A stretch of DNA of 36,990 bases from Chiloscyllium plagiosum (lineage: Eukaryota). Of this stretch, positions 34,850 to 36,990 are shown in pieces. Positions within the stretch are counted from its first letter, which is position 1. Each line of letters begins with the position of its first letter. Under the pieces are notes generated by a model. The model was not told where the DNA came from. It saw nothing but the letters and a program-made list of their open reading frames with translations, and made no database searches. Made by a program: the position numbers and the translations under genes. The stretch is taken from assembly GCF_004010195.1 (NCBI RefSeq), contig NC_057750.1:3468761-3505750 (forward strand), read 5' to 3'.

Positions 34850-36620
34850 TTCACTTGGGTAATAAGACAGGGGAAGTGACTGAAGTGATATTAGGGGAAC
34901 ATTTTGGGTCAAGTGATCATAATTCTATTTGTTTTAAAATAATTATGGGAAAGGATAAGCCTTCCATAAAAAATAAAGTTTTTTTAATTGGAGTCAGGTA
35001 AATTTTAATGGCATGAGACAAGAACTTTCAAAAATTGACTGGAGTAGACTATTTGCAGATAAAGGGATGTCTGATAAGCGGGAGGCTTTACGAAGTGTGA
35101 TAATGAGAGTTCAGAGTCATATGTTTCTGCTAGAGTGAAAGGATAGGCTTGTAGGATTAGAGAACGATGAATGAATAAAGATATTGAGGTTCTAGTTAAG
35201 AATTGAAAAAGAATCTTGTATCAGATATAAACAACTGGGTTCTAATGAATTTTTTAAACATTATAAAGAGCATAGGGGCATTCTTAAGATGGAGATCAGG
35301 AAAACAGAGAGGATATGAGATAGCCAAACCATATAAGGTTATAGGAGAAAGTGAGGACCCCAGATGCTGGAGATCAGAGTCGAAAAATGTGGAGCTGGAA
35401 AAGCACAGCCGGTCAGGCAGCATCCAAGGAGCAGGACAGTCAAAGTTTCAAGCATAAATTCTTTATCAGGAGATGAAATGTTGACTCTTGCTCCTCAGCT
35501 GCTGCCTGACTGGCTGTGCTTTTTCAGCACCACAAATTTCAAATAAGGTTATAGATAATCCAAAGAGATTCGACAATACATTTAAGAGCAAGAGAGCAAC
35601 TAGAGAGAAATTAGGGCCCTTAAAAATCAAAGAGGTCATCTTTATGTTGAACCTCACAAGATTGGACCAATATCAAGTGTATGTTTCACATCAGTTTTTA
35701 TGTTGGAGAAAGAAATGGAGGCTAGAGAATTCAGGGAAATAAATATTGATGTTTTGAAAACAATTCACATTACTGAAGAGGAAGTACTGGAGGATTTAGA
35801 AAACATAAAAATAGATAAATCTATGGGACCTGATTTAATGTATCCCAGGTGGTTGTAGGAAGTTAGGGAAGAAATTGTAGGGCGTTTTTAGAAAAATTTG
35901 TGTCATCTATAAATATGGGTGAGGTGGCCAAATAACTGGAGAGTGGCTAATATTATGCCCTTGTTTAAGAAGGGATGTAAAGAGAAGTCTGGGAACTATC
36001 GACCTGTGAGTTTGACTTAGGTTGTGGTAAAGTTGTTGGAAGTGATTCTGAAAGGTAGGATTTACATGTATTTCAAGAGACAAGGAATGATTAAGGATAG
36101 TCAGCATGGTTTGGTGAGAGGGAAATTGTGTCTCACAAACTTGATTGAGGTTTTTGAGAAAGTAACCAAAAAGATTGACGAGGGCAGAGTGGCTGACTTT
36201 GTTTATTTGGATTTTAGTAAAGCCTTTGACAGGTTTTCACATGGTGTACTAATAAGTAAAGTTAGATCACATTGGATTCAAGGTGAGCTTGCCAATTGGA
36301 TACAAAATTGGCTAAATGGCAGTAGACAGTGATGGTAGAGGGTTGTGATCCACAGGTGTCAGTGCTGAGTCCACTTTTGTTTGTCATTTATATAAATGAT
36401 TTAGATAAGAATATAGAAAGCATGATTAGTAAGTTTGCAGATGACAACAAGATTGGTAGTAAAATGGATAGTGAAGAAGGTTATTTCAGATTACAAAGAG
36501 ATCTTGATCAATTGGGTCCAGGGGCTGAAGAGTGGCAGATGGAGTTTACTTTAGATAAATGTGAGGTATTGTATTTTGGTAAAATAAACAAAGGCAAAAC
36601 CTGTACAATTGATAGTAGGA
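34850..36620 (+). mobile_element. Second CR1-type LINE fragment in tandem
   Basis: ggtcaagtgatcataat (SDHN); KDSQHGLVRGKLCLTNL...YLDFSKAFD; SKFADDNKIG. Confidence 0.88.
35345..35542. mobile_element. Palindromic non-autonomous PLE-terminus element nested in CR1
   Basis: Arms gctggaaaagcacagccggtcaggcagc / gctgcctgactggctgtgctttttcagc; perfect 12-bp TSD ataaggttatag at 35333-35344 and 35543-35554. Confidence 0.85.
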
Positions 36621-36792
36621 TGTTGTGGTTCTGTTTGCCGAGCTGGGAATTTGTGTTGCAGACGTTTCGTCCCCTGTCTAGGTGACATCCTCACTGCTTG
36701 GGAGCCTCCTGTGAAGCGCTTCAGTGATCTTTCCTCCGGCATTTGTAGTGGTTTGAATCTGCCGCTTCTGGTTGTCAGTTCCAGTTGTCCGA
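36621..36792 (-). mobile_element. 3' terminus of the Poseidon-like PLE family seen at 16612
   Basis: Near-identical to 16613-16780. Confidence 0.9.
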
Positions 36793-36990
36793 GGTAAAAA
36801 CAATGACTGCAGATGCTGGAAACCAGATTCTGGATCAGTGGTGCTGGAAGAGCACAGCAATTCAGGCAGCATCCGAGGACAGGCAAAATCGACGTTTCGG
36901 GCAAAAGCCCTTCATCAGGAATAAAGGCAGAGAGCCTGAAGCGTGGAGAGATAAGCAAGAGGAGGGTGGGGGTGGGGAGAGAGTGGCATA
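36793..36990 (-). mobile_element. Young PLE terminal repeat, running off the window end
   Basis: aaaaacaatgactgcagatgctgg...gctggaagagcacagc...ggcagcatccgagg; related to the 35345 and 5255 elements. Confidence 0.75.
36887..36922 (-). ncRNA. Minimal type I hammerhead ribozyme motif (PLE-associated)
   Basis: AUUC-CUGAUGA-A-GGGC-UUUU-GCCC-GAAAC-GUC-GAUU: complete core, 4-bp stem II, palindromic ACGU stem III, GUC cleavage triplet. Confidence 0.75.

Overview
Eukaryotic, repeat-dense genomic DNA from a cartilaginous fish. This is inferred from HE1-type tRNA-SINEs with (AATCT)n tails and abundant CR1/HER1-type LINE fragments. Host genes reconstructed by hand: (1) the last, heme-Cys coding exon of a CYP2-family cytochrome P450 (+, 1436-1617); (2) a collapsed CYP2 pseudogene keeping only an exon-1-like piece (3236-3400) and a dead exon-9 copy (3991-4130); (3) a complete ALKBH6 gene with six coding exons on the minus strand (19779 to 4877, 238 aa, all GT-AG introns, HxD...H...RxxxxxR intact); (4) a CpG-rich, probably bidirectional promoter (about 23620-25270) split by a 1-kb CR1 insertion, followed by a probable signal-peptide first exon of an unidentified plus-strand gene (25180-25267). 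The rest is mobile-element debris: CR1, Rex1-like and RTE-like LINEs, a Gypsy integrase plus LTR, SINEs, and many Penelope-like elements (PLEs) whose termini carry minimal hammerhead-ribozyme motifs. Most ORF-track entries are retroelement fragments or spurious. Family names for repeats come from recall, not database searches, and repeat boundaries are approximate.
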